This document shows positions 9,656 through 19,836 of a stretch of 64,000 bases of DNA, piece by piece (within the stretch, counting starts at the first letter, position 1; every line of letters begins with the position of its first letter). The notes beneath the pieces are model-generated. The model did no database searches, was not told the DNA's origin, and saw only the letters and a list, made by a program, of their open reading frames with translations. Position numbers and translations under genes: made by a program. The stretch spans positions 1 through 64,000 of the forward strand of contig DASPSR010000049.1 of assembly GCA_035623825.1 (NCBI GenBank). Direction: 5' to 3'. Source of the DNA: Nitrospirota bacterium (GTDB lineage: Bacteria > Nitrospirota > UBA9217).

Positions 9656-9772
9656 CCTCGGGGCGATCATAACGCGCAGATCGCTAAATGCCGGTTGTCT
9701 CGGTGATTCGTTGTCGTGATTTTGGTATTATTGGGATCCGAGGGATTTGGGATTTCAATTTAAGGAGGTTCG

Positions 9773-10516
9773 ATGTCAGGACATTCTAAATGGGCAACAA
9801 CAAAACATAAAAAAGCTGCGATCGACGCAAAACGCGGCAAGGTCTTTACCAAGATCACCAAGGAGATCACGGTTGCGGCAAAGTTGGGGGGGGGCGATCC
9901 CGGCGGGAACCCCCGGCTCAGAACGGCTGTCGCCAAGGCTAAGGCCGTCAGTATGCCCGCGGACAATATCAAGCGCGCGATCCAGAAAGGAACTGGCGAG
10001 CTTCCGGGAGTCTCGTACGAGGAAGTCACTTTTGAGGGCTACGGACCGGGTGGTGTGGCGGTGATGGTTGAGTCTATGACCGACAACCGGAACCGCACGG
10101 TATCGGATATCCGGCATATATTCAGCAAGGCAGGCGGTAACATGGGCGAGGCGGGGTGCGTTTCGTGGATGTTTCACAAGAAGGGCTATATCGTGGTCAG
10201 CCGCGCTAAGGCTGATGAGGATAAGCTCATGACCCTCGCCCTCGATGCGGGAGCCGAGGACATGCAGACCGAGGACGATAACTTCGTCATCACTACGCCT
10301 CCGAACGATTTTGAGAAAGTGAAAAAGGCGCTCGATGACGCAGGGGTGCCCTTGGAGGTCGCTGAAGTCACCATGGTTCCCCAGACTTACGTCAATCTCG
10401 ATGGCAAGGAGGCCCAGCAGATGCTGCGGCTTGTCGAGTCACTTGAAGACAACGATGACGTCCAGAACGTGTATGCGAACTTCGACATTCCTGAGGAGAT
10501 CATGAATGCAGTGTAG
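9773..10516 (+). CDS. yebC: YebC/PmpR family protein
   Basis: [22 protein letters not shown] and DDVQNVYAN motifs; upstream of ruvC. Confidence 0.96.
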   Translation: MSGHSKWATTKHKKAAIDAKRGKVFTKITKEITVAAKLGGGDPGGNPRLRTAVAKAKAVSMPADNIKRAIQKGTGELPGVSYEEVTFEGYGPGGVAVMVESMTDNRNRTVSDIRHIFSKAGGNMGEAGCVSWMFHKKGYIVVSRAKADEDKLMTLALDAGAEDMQTEDDNFVITTPPNDFEKVKKALDDAGVPLEVAEVTMVPQTYVNLDGKEAQQMLRLVESLEDNDDVQNVYANFDIPEEIMNAV

Positions 10517-10527
10517 ACCACGGCGTG

Positions 10528-10620
10528 CTGAACTGAAAATTGAACGTTGAAATTCGAGAGGGATAAAGGAAAGGCCTGAAATTATAGTCTCCAATTTTTC
10601 AATTGTCTTTTTAATAATTT
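10528..10620. repeat. Degenerate heptamer tandem repeats forming loose inverted arms
   Basis: CTGAAAA/TTGAACG/TTGAAAT on the left, CCAATTT/TTCAATT on the right. Confidence 0.4.
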
Positions 10621-10647
10621 TTCTTTGATAGGACGGGGGGAGGATTT

Positions 10648-11202
10648 ATGAGGGTGCTGGGGGTTGATCCAGGTACGCTCACGAGCGGATTCGGCATCGT
10701 GGCGGAAGAGGACCATAAGTTGTTCTATGTGGTGTCGGGCGGTATCAGCCCGTCCGCAAAACAACCGTTCCCGAAGAGGCTCAAAAAGATCTACGAGGAA
10801 ATCGAAAAAATCATCGATAAGTACAAGCCGCACGTGGTCGTCATCGAGGATTTGTTCGTTTCCAAGAACATAAAATCGGCTCTCAAGCTCGGACACGCGA
10901 GAGGGGTCGCCATCTTGGCGGCCATGAACGCAGGGCTGCCTGTGTTCGAATATGCTCCTCTGGAAGTGAAACAGGCGGTAGTCGGCAACGGAAAGGCGGA
11001 GAAGAAGCAGGTGCAGATTATGGTAAAAACCCTGCTCGATCTTCCCAAGGTACCGCATCCGGCCGATGCGGCAGACGCATTGGCAGCAGCGATCTGCCAT
11101 ATTCACTCTTCGAGGCTCAGAGAAATACTCAAGTCACCACCGTCCCTCCGGCAAAGGAGCCGGGGTATGAGCACATTCAGGGTCACGGGTAGGATGCGAT
11201 GA
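10648..11202 (+). CDS. ruvC: Holliday junction resolvase
   Basis: LGVDPG, IEDLF, LGHARG, KQAVVGNG and DAADALAAAICH motifs. Confidence 0.96.
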   Translation: MRVLGVDPGTLTSGFGIVAEEDHKLFYVVSGGISPSAKQPFPKRLKKIYEEIEKIIDKYKPHVVVIEDLFVSKNIKSALKLGHARGVAILAAMNAGLPVFEYAPLEVKQAVVGNGKAEKKQVQIMVKTLLDLPKVPHPADAADALAAAICHIHSSRLREILKSPPSLRQRSRGMSTFRVTGRMR

Positions 11203-11804
11203 TTGCTTCAATCAGGGGCAGGCTCCGACGCAAAGGGACCGATTATCTGATCGTGGATGTTGCCGGGATCGGCTATCAGGTGCAGGTCCCGCTTTCTACC
11301 TATTATAGCATTCCCGATGACGGCGAGGAAGTCAGCCTCCATATCCACACGCACATGCGCGAGGATTCGCTTTCGCTCTTCGGCTTTCTGACCCAGGAAG
11401 AGAAAGAGATGTTCCTTCTTCTTATCGGAGTTTCCGGGATCGGCACGAAACTCGCGCTTTCTATCCTTTCCAGCCTGTCCGTGCCCGACATTTCTCTCGC
11501 CATCCAGGCTTCCGATGATTCCCGGCTCCGCTCCATACCGGGAATCGGCAAAAAGACGGCTGCGCGGATGGTCCTTGAGCTGAAAGACAAGGTAAAACTC
11601 ATTGCGCCAGCGGCAGCCTCGATGCAGGGCCAGACGACGCCGGCACCATCCGGTGATGTCGAGGATGCGGTTTCGGCACTCGTGAATTTGGGGTATAAAA
11701 GGCCGCTGGCCCAAGAGGCGCTCAATAAGATCCATCAAAAAAGCCCCGGGCTCACGGTGCAAGAGCTTATACGGGAAGCGCTGCAAATATTGATGAGAAG
11801 GTAG
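11199..11804 (+). CDS. ruvA: Holliday junction branch migration protein
   Basis: REDSLSLFGF, VSGIG, IPGIGKKTA and ALVNLGY motifs. Confidence 0.96.
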   Translation: MIASIRGRLRRKGTDYLIVDVAGIGYQVQVPLSTYYSIPDDGEEVSLHIHTHMREDSLSLFGFLTQEEKEMFLLLIGVSGIGTKLALSILSSLSVPDISLAIQASDDSRLRSIPGIGKKTAARMVLELKDKVKLIAPAAASMQGQTTPAPSGDVEDAVSALVNLGYKRPLAQEALNKIHQKSPGLTVQELIREALQILMRR

Positions 11805-11846
11805 TGCAAGGCAGAAGGACGAGAAACGAATGACGAGGCAAGACTG

Positions 11847-12866
11847 ATGCCGGAGCGAATCATAGAGCCTGAAAAGGGAGATGACGACGTCCAACTCGAC
11901 CGAAGCCTGAGACCGCTCAGGTTCAAGGATTTTGTAGGACAGGACAGGATCAAGGAAAACCTGCATGTATTCATCGAGGCGGCAAAGGGAAGAGGAGAGG
12001 CGCTAGATCACATACTGTTCTGCGGTCCGCCGGGACTCGGTAAGACCACCCTGGCAAACATCATAGCGCACGAGCTTGGCGTGGGAATAAAAACGACCTC
12101 CGGTCCCGTGCTGGAGAGGGCCGGAGATCTGGCAGCTATCCTCACGAATCTTCATGAACGAGAAGTGTTGTTCATTGACGAGATACACCGCCTGAACCGT
12201 GTGGTGGAAGAAATCCTCTATCCTGCCATGGAAGATTTCCAGCTTGATATCATTATCGGCCAAGGACCGGGAGCACGCTCCATCAAACTCGATCTTCCAT
12301 ACTTTACCCTTGTCGGCGCTACTACAAGGACCGGCCTCCTGACCTCGCCTCTCCGTGACCGGTTCGGTGTGATCGATAGACTTAATTTCTATGGTGCCGA
12401 CGAGCTCCGTACGATCGTCCAGCGATCCGCAAGCCTTTTAAATGCAAAGATCGATCCCGCCTCAGCCGCCGAGATCGCGAAGCGTTCACGGGGTACCCCG
12501 AGGATCGCCAACCGCCTGCTCCGCAGGGTGAGGGATTTCGCCCAGGTGAAAAACGAAGGGGTGATCACCCGTGATGTTGTTTTGGCTGCCATGGAGAGAC
12601 TGGCGGTGGACGAAAGGGGTTTTGACCAGATGGACCGCAGGCTTATGCTCACCATCATCGATAAGTTCGACGGTGGCCCGGTCGGACTCGAGACCCTCGC
12701 AGCGGCATTGAATGAAGAAAAGGATACCATTGAAGACGTATATGAGCCGTTCCTTATTCAGGAGGGTTTTCTCGACCGCACCCCCCGCGGCAGACAGGCG
12801 ACGCGACTCTCCCTTGAGTATTTCGGCAGGAAGAAAATCTCAACGGCGCAGGAACGGCTGCTGTAG
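11847..12866 (+). CDS. ruvB: Holliday junction branch migration DNA helicase
   Basis: [22 protein letters not shown] and RTPRGR motifs. Confidence 0.98.
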   Translation: MPERIIEPEKGDDDVQLDRSLRPLRFKDFVGQDRIKENLHVFIEAAKGRGEALDHILFCGPPGLGKTTLANIIAHELGVGIKTTSGPVLERAGDLAAILTNLHEREVLFIDEIHRLNRVVEEILYPAMEDFQLDIIIGQGPGARSIKLDLPYFTLVGATTRTGLLTSPLRDRFGVIDRLNFYGADELRTIVQRSASLLNAKIDPASAAEIAKRSRGTPRIANRLLRRVRDFAQVKNEGVITRDVVLAAMERLAVDERGFDQMDRRLMLTIIDKFDGGPVGLETLAAALNEEKDTIEDVYEPFLIQEGFLDRTPRGRQATRLSLEYFGRKKISTAQERLL

Positions 12867-13102
12867 GCGGAGTTGACCCGGGCAACGTCCGGGGCAGGAG
12901 AACGGGACGCTTTCGCGATCATCGCTTATGACGAGCAATGGGAACAGATGCTAATAGCGGCGAGCATTCGTGTCATAACTATCTTGCATGATAGCCCAGC
13001 TCTCCAAAATTGCGAAGCACTGAAGTATTCCTGCGTGCTTAGATGGCGGCCCCGGAAGTGAATAGTGCCCGGTTCTGAAGACTGGCTTTATCGAATTACG
13101 AA

Positions 13103-13669
13103 ATGAAGATCCTGTTCCACATATGCTGCGCGCCATGCGCGCTCTATCCCTATTACAGAATGAAGGAAGAAGGGATGGATCCGTTCGGTTATTTTTACAA
13201 TCCGAATATTCATCCCTTTATGGAATATAAAAGACGGCTGGATACAGTGAAGGACTTTTCTCTCCGTGCGGGACTCGAGGTCCGCTATCGGGACGGTTAT
13301 GACTTGGACGAATTCCTTGCGCGTGTCGCTGGCAGAGGGTCATTGCGGTGCGAGCAATGTTACCGGATGCGACTGGACGCCGCCGGTGCAGCGGCGCGGG
13401 AACTCGGGTTCACTGTCTATACGACGTCCCTCTTGTACAGCAAATATCAAAAGCATGATCTCATCAAGGGGATAGCCGAGGAAATGGCATCAGATCATGG
13501 CATCGAGTTCTACTATGAAGACTTCCGACGGGGATGGCGCGAAGGGATCATGGAGTCGAAGGCCATGGGGCTTTACCGCCAGCAGTACTGCGGTTGTATC
13601 TACAGCGAACGGGATCGGTATTGGAAAGCGGGAGAAAGGGACACAAAGGGGAAAGGAACGGTGCGGTGA
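13103..13669 (+). CDS. queH: Epoxyqueuosine reductase QueH (DUF208)
   Basis: HICCAPC, FYNPNIHP, RCEQCY and YRQQYCGCIYS motifs. Confidence 0.9.
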   Translation: MKILFHICCAPCALYPYYRMKEEGMDPFGYFYNPNIHPFMEYKRRLDTVKDFSLRAGLEVRYRDGYDLDEFLARVAGRGSLRCEQCYRMRLDAAGAAARELGFTVYTTSLLYSKYQKHDLIKGIAEEMASDHGIEFYYEDFRRGWREGIMESKAMGLYRQQYCGCIYSERDRYWKAGERDTKGKGTVR

Positions 13670-13695
13670 TAGGGACGTGTCGTGCTCTTGGTAAC

Positions 13696-14799
13696 ATGAT
13701 CAGTTCTTTCAAGACCTTTCGGCTGAACATGGTAATATGTGTCGTATTCCTTTTTCTCTCCCCTGCCTCATTTGCCTCTGAAAACATTCGTGTTGCCTTG
13801 GCGGATAACCAAAGAACCGTGACGCTCAAATCTCCAGAAGGACTCGTCGTGGAGGGCGCTCCATTAGGAGGACATGGAGAGAAGAAAGTGGTGTTCGGAT
13901 CCGCCTCCGTGGGTGCCAAAGTTGTACGCATAAGGTCCAGGGGGGACGTTACTCAGGTAAACGGCGGCAGTTATCGCGGATGGATAGAGCTCAGGAAGAA
14001 AAAGAACGGCCTTCTCCTCGTTATCAATGAGCTTGATATAGAGCAATACCTCCTGGGAGTCATCGCCGCTGAAGTCCCTCAAGACTGGGACATTGAGGTT
14101 CTGAAAGCTCAAGCCGTGGCTTCAAGGACCTTTGCGCTCTACCAGAAAAGAACATCGGGGAAGAGACCCTATCACATCCTCGCCACGGTGGACGGACAGG
14201 TTTATTCCGGGAGAAACGGGGAACGTGAGAACGCCGTGAGGGCCGTGAGAGAGACAAAGGGGATCGTCATCGTGTATGATGGAGAGGTGATCCCGGCGTT
14301 TTATCATGCGAGTTGTGGTGGCCATACTGAGGATGCCGCGGAGCTTTGGGGCATTGATGTCCCGTACCTCAAGGGCGTTGACTGCGAATGTCAGGAGATT
14401 TCGCGATACGGCTTGTGGGAAAAAAGGATATCCGCCACTAAGCTTGCGGCCCTGCTCGGCCGTCAGGGATATCGCTTGAACGGTATCACGGGAATTGAAA
14501 TGGACAGTATTACCCCGGCTGGCAGGGTGCGACAGGTAGCGGTACGACACGCCGGCGGGACCGTGTTCATACCTGCGGAGACATTGCGTGCGGCGGTAGG
14601 GTATTCTTTCCTTCCGAGTGTATTTTTTGAGCCGGCCATGGAGGGAAACGAAGTGGTGTTCTACGGAAGGGGCCTAGGCCACGGTGTAGGTTTGTGCCAG
14701 TGGGGCGCGAAGGAAATGGCGCGCCATGGTTCTGATTTTAGATCTATTCTTTCGCACTACTATCCGGGGACTGCCTTGAAGAGGATAGAGGAGCTTTAG
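13696..14799 (+). CDS. SpoIID/LytB domain protein (start uncertain: 13696 or 13729)
   Basis: Signal peptide; EQYLLGVIAAE, EVLKAQAVASRTFA, FYHASCGGHTE and GHGVGLCQWGA...YYPG motifs. Confidence 0.9.
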   Translation: MISSFKTFRLNMVICVVFLFLSPASFASENIRVALADNQRTVTLKSPEGLVVEGAPLGGHGEKKVVFGSASVGAKVVRIRSRGDVTQVNGGSYRGWIELRKKKNGLLLVINELDIEQYLLGVIAAEVPQDWDIEVLKAQAVASRTFALYQKRTSGKRPYHILATVDGQVYSGRNGERENAVRAVRETKGIVIVYDGEVIPAFYHASCGGHTEDAAELWGIDVPYLKGVDCECQEISRYGLWEKRISATKLAALLGRQGYRLNGITGIEMDSITPAGRVRQVAVRHAGGTVFIPAETLRAAVGYSFLPSVFFEPAMEGNEVVFYGRGLGHGVGLCQWGAKEMARHGSDFRSILSHYYPGTALKRIEEL

Positions 14800-14801
14800 T
14801 C

Positions 14802-15602
14802 ATGGGGAAGAAATCATCCCGAGCACGTCTTCGCCGTAACAACGTTGTCGAGCATGTCCAATTGCAGAAAGCAAGCCACAATTACCCGGCATTCATTCTG
14901 TCCATATGCATTATCGTCTGTCTGGCGATTGCCGCGAACATGCGGAACGATATTTATAAAACACCGGTCACCATGTGGAGGGATACTGCTCATAAGTCGC
15001 CGATGAAGCGGAGAGCGCACGAGAACTTCGGTCAGGCGCTCTCAACAGCGGGTTTATACGGCGAGGCCATGCGGGAGTTCAAGACAGTCCTCGCCACGAA
15101 AGACGACGGGAGCGTACCTCCCCGAGACCTTTACCGGGAGATCGGCGTGGTCTATTTCCGGGTGGGAATGATTGACGATGCCATTGCATCCTGGCAGACG
15201 GGACTGCGATATTCTCCCCTTGATGCCAGCCTCCTGAATAACCTCTCAATAGCGTTCTTAAAGAAAGGACGGTATGATGAAGCTGACGCGACCGCCCGTA
15301 TGGCGCTTTCCGCAGTCCCAGGCATGCCGCAGGCCCTGAATACGCTGGGAGAGGTTTTTATGGCTCAGGGAGAGTACGACAAGGCGTCCGAGTATTTCCT
15401 CATGGCTATACAGAGGTCACCGGAAGACAAATATAAATACTGGAACGCAGCGCTTGCATTTGAGAAAGCGGGCAAGTATGACATGGCGTATCGATATATG
15501 AGTGCGTACGCCGTCATGGAGCCGGATCCCGCTGGAAGGCAGAGGGCCTTTCAAATGCTGAACAGACTGAAGAAACCGCCGGCAGGGGACCAGATGCCAT
15601 AG
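14802..15602 (+). CDS. Membrane-anchored TPR protein resembling the C-terminal half of TMTC-like glycosyltransferases
   Basis: One TM helix, then MRNDIYKTPVTMWRDTAHKSPMKRRAHENFG, then about 5 TPR-like repeats. Confidence 0.8.
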   Translation: MGKKSSRARLRRNNVVEHVQLQKASHNYPAFILSICIIVCLAIAANMRNDIYKTPVTMWRDTAHKSPMKRRAHENFGQALSTAGLYGEAMREFKTVLATKDDGSVPPRDLYREIGVVYFRVGMIDDAIASWQTGLRYSPLDASLLNNLSIAFLKKGRYDEADATARMALSAVPGMPQALNTLGEVFMAQGEYDKASEYFLMAIQRSPEDKYKYWNAALAFEKAGKYDMAYRYMSAYAVMEPDPAGRQRAFQMLNRLKKPPAGDQMP

Positions 15603-16067
15603 GCAGCAGATGCTATTCCAGGTTACCGCCAGTATCTCGATGTAACGCCCCGCTAAGGAACGACGGTTTCCTTGCTGCTTTCCCAAGCATCTCCTCATTG
15701 ATAATTGAAATGAAGCGCTGATTGACCGATTTTAAAGCCCGTTGTCCTCATGTCTCCCAGGGTTTGTATCAGGCCCAAGCCTCCTGTTCGGTCGGTAGGG
15801 AAAGTGCTTCGTCCGCTTTTTTCACGCCCGGTATCGAGTCAATCGTGGGATATGTCAGTCGAATGACGACTTCGTTCAGTTTTTGCCTGTGTATCTATGA
15901 GTGGGGGATTGATTAAGTCCCTCCCGACTGCGCGATTTTTCTCTCAAATGTTCACTGGACGAGGAAGCGTTTTGATGTCTGATTGAGTTGAGGGGCTATT
16001 GGGGCCGAATAACCCGATTACCAGTCTTAGCGCTGCACAGGCTGCCGTTCTGATTCTTTCCGAACCG

Positions 16068-16868
16068 TCAATTCGTTTTAGGCTGCGAAGGATTTATGGG
16101 GATCGCTTTTGGTTGGGACTGCTGAGCCCCGGCGGCCGGTAGAGTCCCGGACTTTTCGGAAGGAGCAGATTTCGACTGTGTGCCGGGGACTGGATCCTGT
16201 TTTGGGGCAGTGAGCATCGGCGGGCTTTCGATTATGATAATGGTTTTGTGGTCCTTGATTTTGAATCCCGTTTCAGGCAATTTTGACGCATAAGCAGAGG
16301 CGATGAGTGCTCCCTGATCCGCACCATTTTGCTCGAGATATCTCGTCAAAGCTACAGACCTTTCTGCCGAAAGCGTCCTTGCGTCTTTCGGGGGTATCTT
16401 TCTCTTCCCCTTGCCTTGCGCCGGCACCGGATCGGTTGTGTTGCCGATGATGATTTCTCTCCCTTTCAGTTCTGTGCTTCTGATCAATGTAGCGATCTTC
16501 AGACGGAGCTGGGGGCTGTCTTTTGCAAAGGTGACCGAACGGGGAGTATAGAGCGCCTGCTCCGCAATGTTGACCACGACCCTTCTTCCTGCGGACGTTA
16601 CCTCTGCTTTTCCGGCTTTTATTTCATCGCTCAGCCCCATGCCCAGGACTTCCACAACGGGATTGATCCATGCCGTTTCTCCTGTTTCTTTAGATTCCCT
16701 TTCCTTGTATTTTTTCAGCTCGGCCTTTGCCTTGTCCAGTTCAGGCATGCCAGCCTTCATCCGCGCGAGATCAGCAGCCATGGGCCTGAACGTCGAGAAA
16801 TAGAAGAGCGCTGCGGCTGACAGAGCTGCACAGAGCAACGCTGCCAAGAGGTACGTTGCAATCTTCAT
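16068..16868 (-). CDS. Membrane-anchored protein with degenerate OmpA/MotB-like C-terminal domain
   Basis: TM helix and coiled coil; IIIGNTTD...TLSAERSVALTRYL resembles the GHTD...LSxxRA motif; Pro/Gln-rich tail; SD GGAGGT. Confidence 0.65.
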   Translation of the reverse strand: MKIATYLLAALLCAALSAAALFYFSTFRPMAADLARMKAGMPELDKAKAELKKYKERESKETGETAWINPVVEVLGMGLSDEIKAGKAEVTSAGRRVVVNIAEQALYTPRSVTFAKDSPQLRLKIATLIRSTELKGREIIIGNTTDPVPAQGKGKRKIPPKDARTLSAERSVALTRYLEQNGADQGALIASAYASKLPETGFKIKDHKTIIIIESPPMLTAPKQDPVPGTQSKSAPSEKSGTLPAAGAQQSQPKAIPINPSQPKTN

Positions 16869-16921
16869 GGGAACCTCCCCGTATCAACGATAGTTTCTAT
16901 ATCACGACATCCGGAATGCTG

Positions 16922-18115
16922 TCACGCGAGTTTGCGGGCGGCCCGTTCTATTCGGTCAAGTCCCTTGACGATGGTATCCAGGGATGTGGCATAGGAGAGC
17001 CTTATGTACGCATCGGCCCCGAAGGCATCTCCTGAAACAAGCGCTACCTTCGCCTCCTCGAGCAGATAGGCCGCGATGTCCGAGGAACCTATTATCCGCT
17101 TTCCGTTGACGCTTTTTCCGAAGAGCGGAGATACCCGGGGAAAAGCGTAAAACGCGCCCACGGGCATTAGACAGGACATGCCCGGTATCTTGTTGAGTCG
17201 TTCAACCATGTACTTTCTCCGCTTGTCGAACTCGATGTTCATAGTTTGGATAAAATCCTGCGGACCGCGAAGCGCCTCCACAGCGGCCTTCTGAGATATG
17301 GATGCGGGATTCGAGGTGCTCTGGCTCTGGATATTAGCCATGGCAGTGATAACTTCTTTTGGTCCTGCGGCATACCCGATGCGCCATCCGGTCATGGCGT
17401 GGGACTTGGACACGCCATTCACAACAATGGTTATGTCCTTGATCTCCGGGCCGAGCGATGCGATGCTGAGATGCTGGAAGCCGTCGTAGATGAGTTTTTC
17501 ATATATTTCGTCGGAGATGACGTAGATCTTGTGCTTCACAGCGACTGCTGCGATTTCTTCAAGGGTCTTTCTGTCATAGGCAAGGCCCGTCGGGTTGGAA
17601 GGGCTGTTCAAGATGATGGCCTTCGTTTTGCGGGTCAAAGCCTTTTCAAGCTTTTTTGCCGAGAGCTTGAATCCTTCTTCTTCCGTAGTCTCAACGATGA
17701 CAGGCGTGGCGTCATTCAAAATGACCTGGTCTGGGTACGAGACCCAGTATGGTGAAGGGATGATCACCTCATCCCCTGGATCGAAAAGCGCTTCCGCGAT
17801 GTTGTACAGGCTGTGTTTCGCACCGCATGATATCAGGATCTGGGATTTCTCATATGCGAGTCTATTGTCTCTTTTGAATTTTTCTATTACCGCTTCCTTG
17901 AGATCATCGGCCCCCGAGGCTGGCGTGTACTTGGTAAAACCGGATTGGATCGCCTTCTTGGCGGCTTCTTTTACGTTCTCCGGGGTATCGAAATCCGGCT
18001 CACCGACTCCGAAGTCTACAACATCAATGCCCGACGCCTTCATTTCCTTGGCCTTGGCTGCCGTTGCCAGCGTTGGGGAAGGCTTTATCGCTGCTGCCCT
18101 TCTAGCAATTCCCAT
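16922..18115 (-). CDS. Aspartate aminotransferase (class I PLP-dependent)
   Basis: GEPDFDTP, NSPSNPTG, DEIYE and SKSHAMTGWRIG motifs. Confidence 0.93.
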   Translation of the reverse strand: MGIARRAAAIKPSPTLATAAKAKEMKASGIDVVDFGVGEPDFDTPENVKEAAKKAIQSGFTKYTPASGADDLKEAVIEKFKRDNRLAYEKSQILISCGAKHSLYNIAEALFDPGDEVIIPSPYWVSYPDQVILNDATPVIVETTEEEGFKLSAKKLEKALTRKTKAIILNSPSNPTGLAYDRKTLEEIAAVAVKHKIYVISDEIYEKLIYDGFQHLSIASLGPEIKDITIVVNGVSKSHAMTGWRIGYAAGPKEVITAMANIQSQSTSNPASISQKAAVEALRGPQDFIQTMNIEFDKRRKYMVERLNKIPGMSCLMPVGAFYAFPRVSPLFGKSVNGKRIIGSSDIAAYLLEEAKVALVSGDAFGADAYIRLSYATSLDTIVKGLDRIERAARKLA

Positions 18116-18294
18116 GCTCGATAAGAATCCTTTCTTCGACTGTGATGACGTACATAGATCGAAATTTTTTTAGCATATACGCTTGGTAAAGTCAAATAGT
18201 TTCTTGCTCCTGCGGGCAAAAGTGGATTGTTATTCATTTATCTTGTCTGCAAGAGCGTTTATCGGCTTTGTTCCCCGAGGATGCCAATCCCCGG

Positions 18295-18323
18295 TTGCAA
18301 ATGAACCAGAAGTGTGTTAAACT
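18295..18323 (+). promoter_or_regulatory. Putative sigma70 promoter
   Basis: TTGCAA-17 nt-TAAACT with TG extension, upstream of 18344. Confidence 0.55.
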
Positions 18324-18343
18324 TTTTTTATTTTGGAGGCAGC

Positions 18344-18721
18344 ATGTTCGGTTTCTTCCTTCGCTGGTCCATGAATCTGCTTGCCTTGGTCACGGCCGCA
18401 GTCCTCATTAAAGGGATCAGGATACAGAGCATCGAAATGGGTATTCTTGCCGCCGGCATTCTCAGCATCGTGAATGCCGTAATCAGGCCGGTGGTGCTCA
18501 TGTTGACTCTTCCGATAAATCTTCTCACGCTCGGGCTGTTCACGCTCGTCATCAATGCGCTCATGCTCCAGCTGGTCTCCGCCGTCGTCCCCGGGCTTGT
18601 CATCGAAGGATTCTGGGCAGCGTTCTGGGGCGCCTTCGTGATCAGCCTGGTGAGCTGGCTCCTGAACCTCTTTGTGGGTAGCGACGGCAAAATGATGTAT
18701 ATCCGTAAAGTGAAGCGGTAA
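18344..18721 (+). CDS. YvlD/DUF360 four-TM membrane protein ('phage holin family')
   Basis: NAVIRPVVLMLTLPINLLTLGLFTLVINA signature; SD GGAGG. Confidence 0.88.
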   Translation: MFGFFLRWSMNLLALVTAAVLIKGIRIQSIEMGILAAGILSIVNAVIRPVVLMLTLPINLLTLGLFTLVINALMLQLVSAVVPGLVIEGFWAAFWGAFVISLVSWLLNLFVGSDGKMMYIRKVKR

Positions 18722-18873
18722 GGAGACAGAGAATGAGCTATCTGGACTCCTCGATTCCTCCAGTATCTTAATGCCGACCGTTATTTCCTGCTGCTGCAAA
18801 CATGTCGGCTTGGGCGGACAACCGGCGTGATATACTACTTACATAATAAATTTGAGAAAGAAACGAAAAAGAC

Positions 18874-19836
18874 ATGGTACGTAGGAGAGCGTTTGTACTT
18901 ATCATCATAGCGACAATGCTCGTGTGGAGCGCCTGCCAGCGACAGGAACAGATCCCTGCCGCGGGTAGGCTTAAAATCGTGACGACGCTGTTCCCGCTTT
19001 ACGATTTCGTGAGGAATATTGGCGGGGACAAGGTGGAAGTAAGCTTGCTGCTGCCGCCGGGAGTCGAGCCCCACAGCTTCGAACCAAAACCGAACGATAT
19101 CGTCAGGGTGAAAAAAGCGAACGTCTTTATCTATACCAATAGATATATGGAACCTTGGGCGATGGACATCCTCAGGGGTGCCGGCAGGAGCGATCTTCTG
19201 GTGGTTGATTCCAGCGCGAGCGTGACTTTTTTGCCTGCACGGGAGCAGCAAGGGGAGGCCGAAGAGAGCGTCGATAGCCATGGGGCTGAGAATCTTCATG
19301 CCCTGAGGATGGACCCTCACATATGGCTTAGCATTCCGAACGCTGAGAAGATGGTGGATAACATCGCAGCCGGCCTTGCCGCCCGGGACCCTGTGAATAG
19401 GGAATCCTATTATAAGAATGCCGAAGCCTATAAATCTCAGCTGCGCCGCTTGGATCGGGAATTCCAGGAGGGCTTGTCGGTGTGCAGAACGAGGATGTTC
19501 GTCCATGGCGGGCATTACGCGTTCGGCTACCTGGCTGACCGGTATGGGCTCTCGTACATCTCGGCCTATGCCGTGTCCGCAGATGCCGAACCCACGCCGG
19601 TCAAGCTGGCGAAGCTTATAAATACAATGAAAAGCAAATCCCTGCGATTTATCTTTACCGAAGAGCTGATCTCTCCGCGGACGGCGAAGGTCATCGCCGA
19701 GGAGACAGGCGCGACCATCCTCAAGCTGAACGGCATCCATAATCTGAGCAAGGAGGACATGGAGCGGGGGGCGACGTATATTTCTCTCATGGAACAGAAT
19801 CTCGAAAATCTCCGCAAGGGGCTGCAATGTCGGTAG
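18874..19836 (+). CDS. znuA: Zn/Mn ABC transporter substrate-binding lipoprotein (ZnuA-like)
   Basis: Lipobox-like VWSAC; EPHSFEP, DPHIW and HYAFGY metal-ligand motifs. Confidence 0.88.
   Translation: MVRRRAFVLIIIATMLVWSACQRQEQIPAAGRLKIVTTLFPLYDFVRNIGGDKVEVSLLLPPGVEPHSFEPKPNDIVRVKKANVFIYTNRYMEPWAMDILRGAGRSDLLVVDSSASVTFLPAREQQGEAEESVDSHGAENLHALRMDPHIWLSIPNAEKMVDNIAAGLAARDPVNRESYYKNAEAYKSQLRRLDREFQEGLSVCRTRMFVHGGHYAFGYLADRYGLSYISAYAVSADAEPTPVKLAKLINTMKSKSLRFIFTEELISPRTAKVIAEETGATILKLNGIHNLSKEDMERGATYISLMEQNLENLRKGLQCR

Noticed and set aside
13060-13102. preQ1 riboswitch upstream of queH
   Set aside because: No matching P1 stem/loop with the A-rich 3' tail.
15603-16067. Small ORFs or ncRNA in the convergent gap (15417-15698, 15722-15916)
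   Set aside because: No SD, motif or convincing structure found.
18344-18721. Prophage suggested by a 'phage holin family' gene
   Set aside because: YvlD/DUF360 genes are common chromosomal genes; no integrase, endolysin or structural phage genes are nearby.
18780-18873. Zur/Fur box upstream of znuA
   Set aside because: No convincing AT-rich palindrome could be identified by eye.
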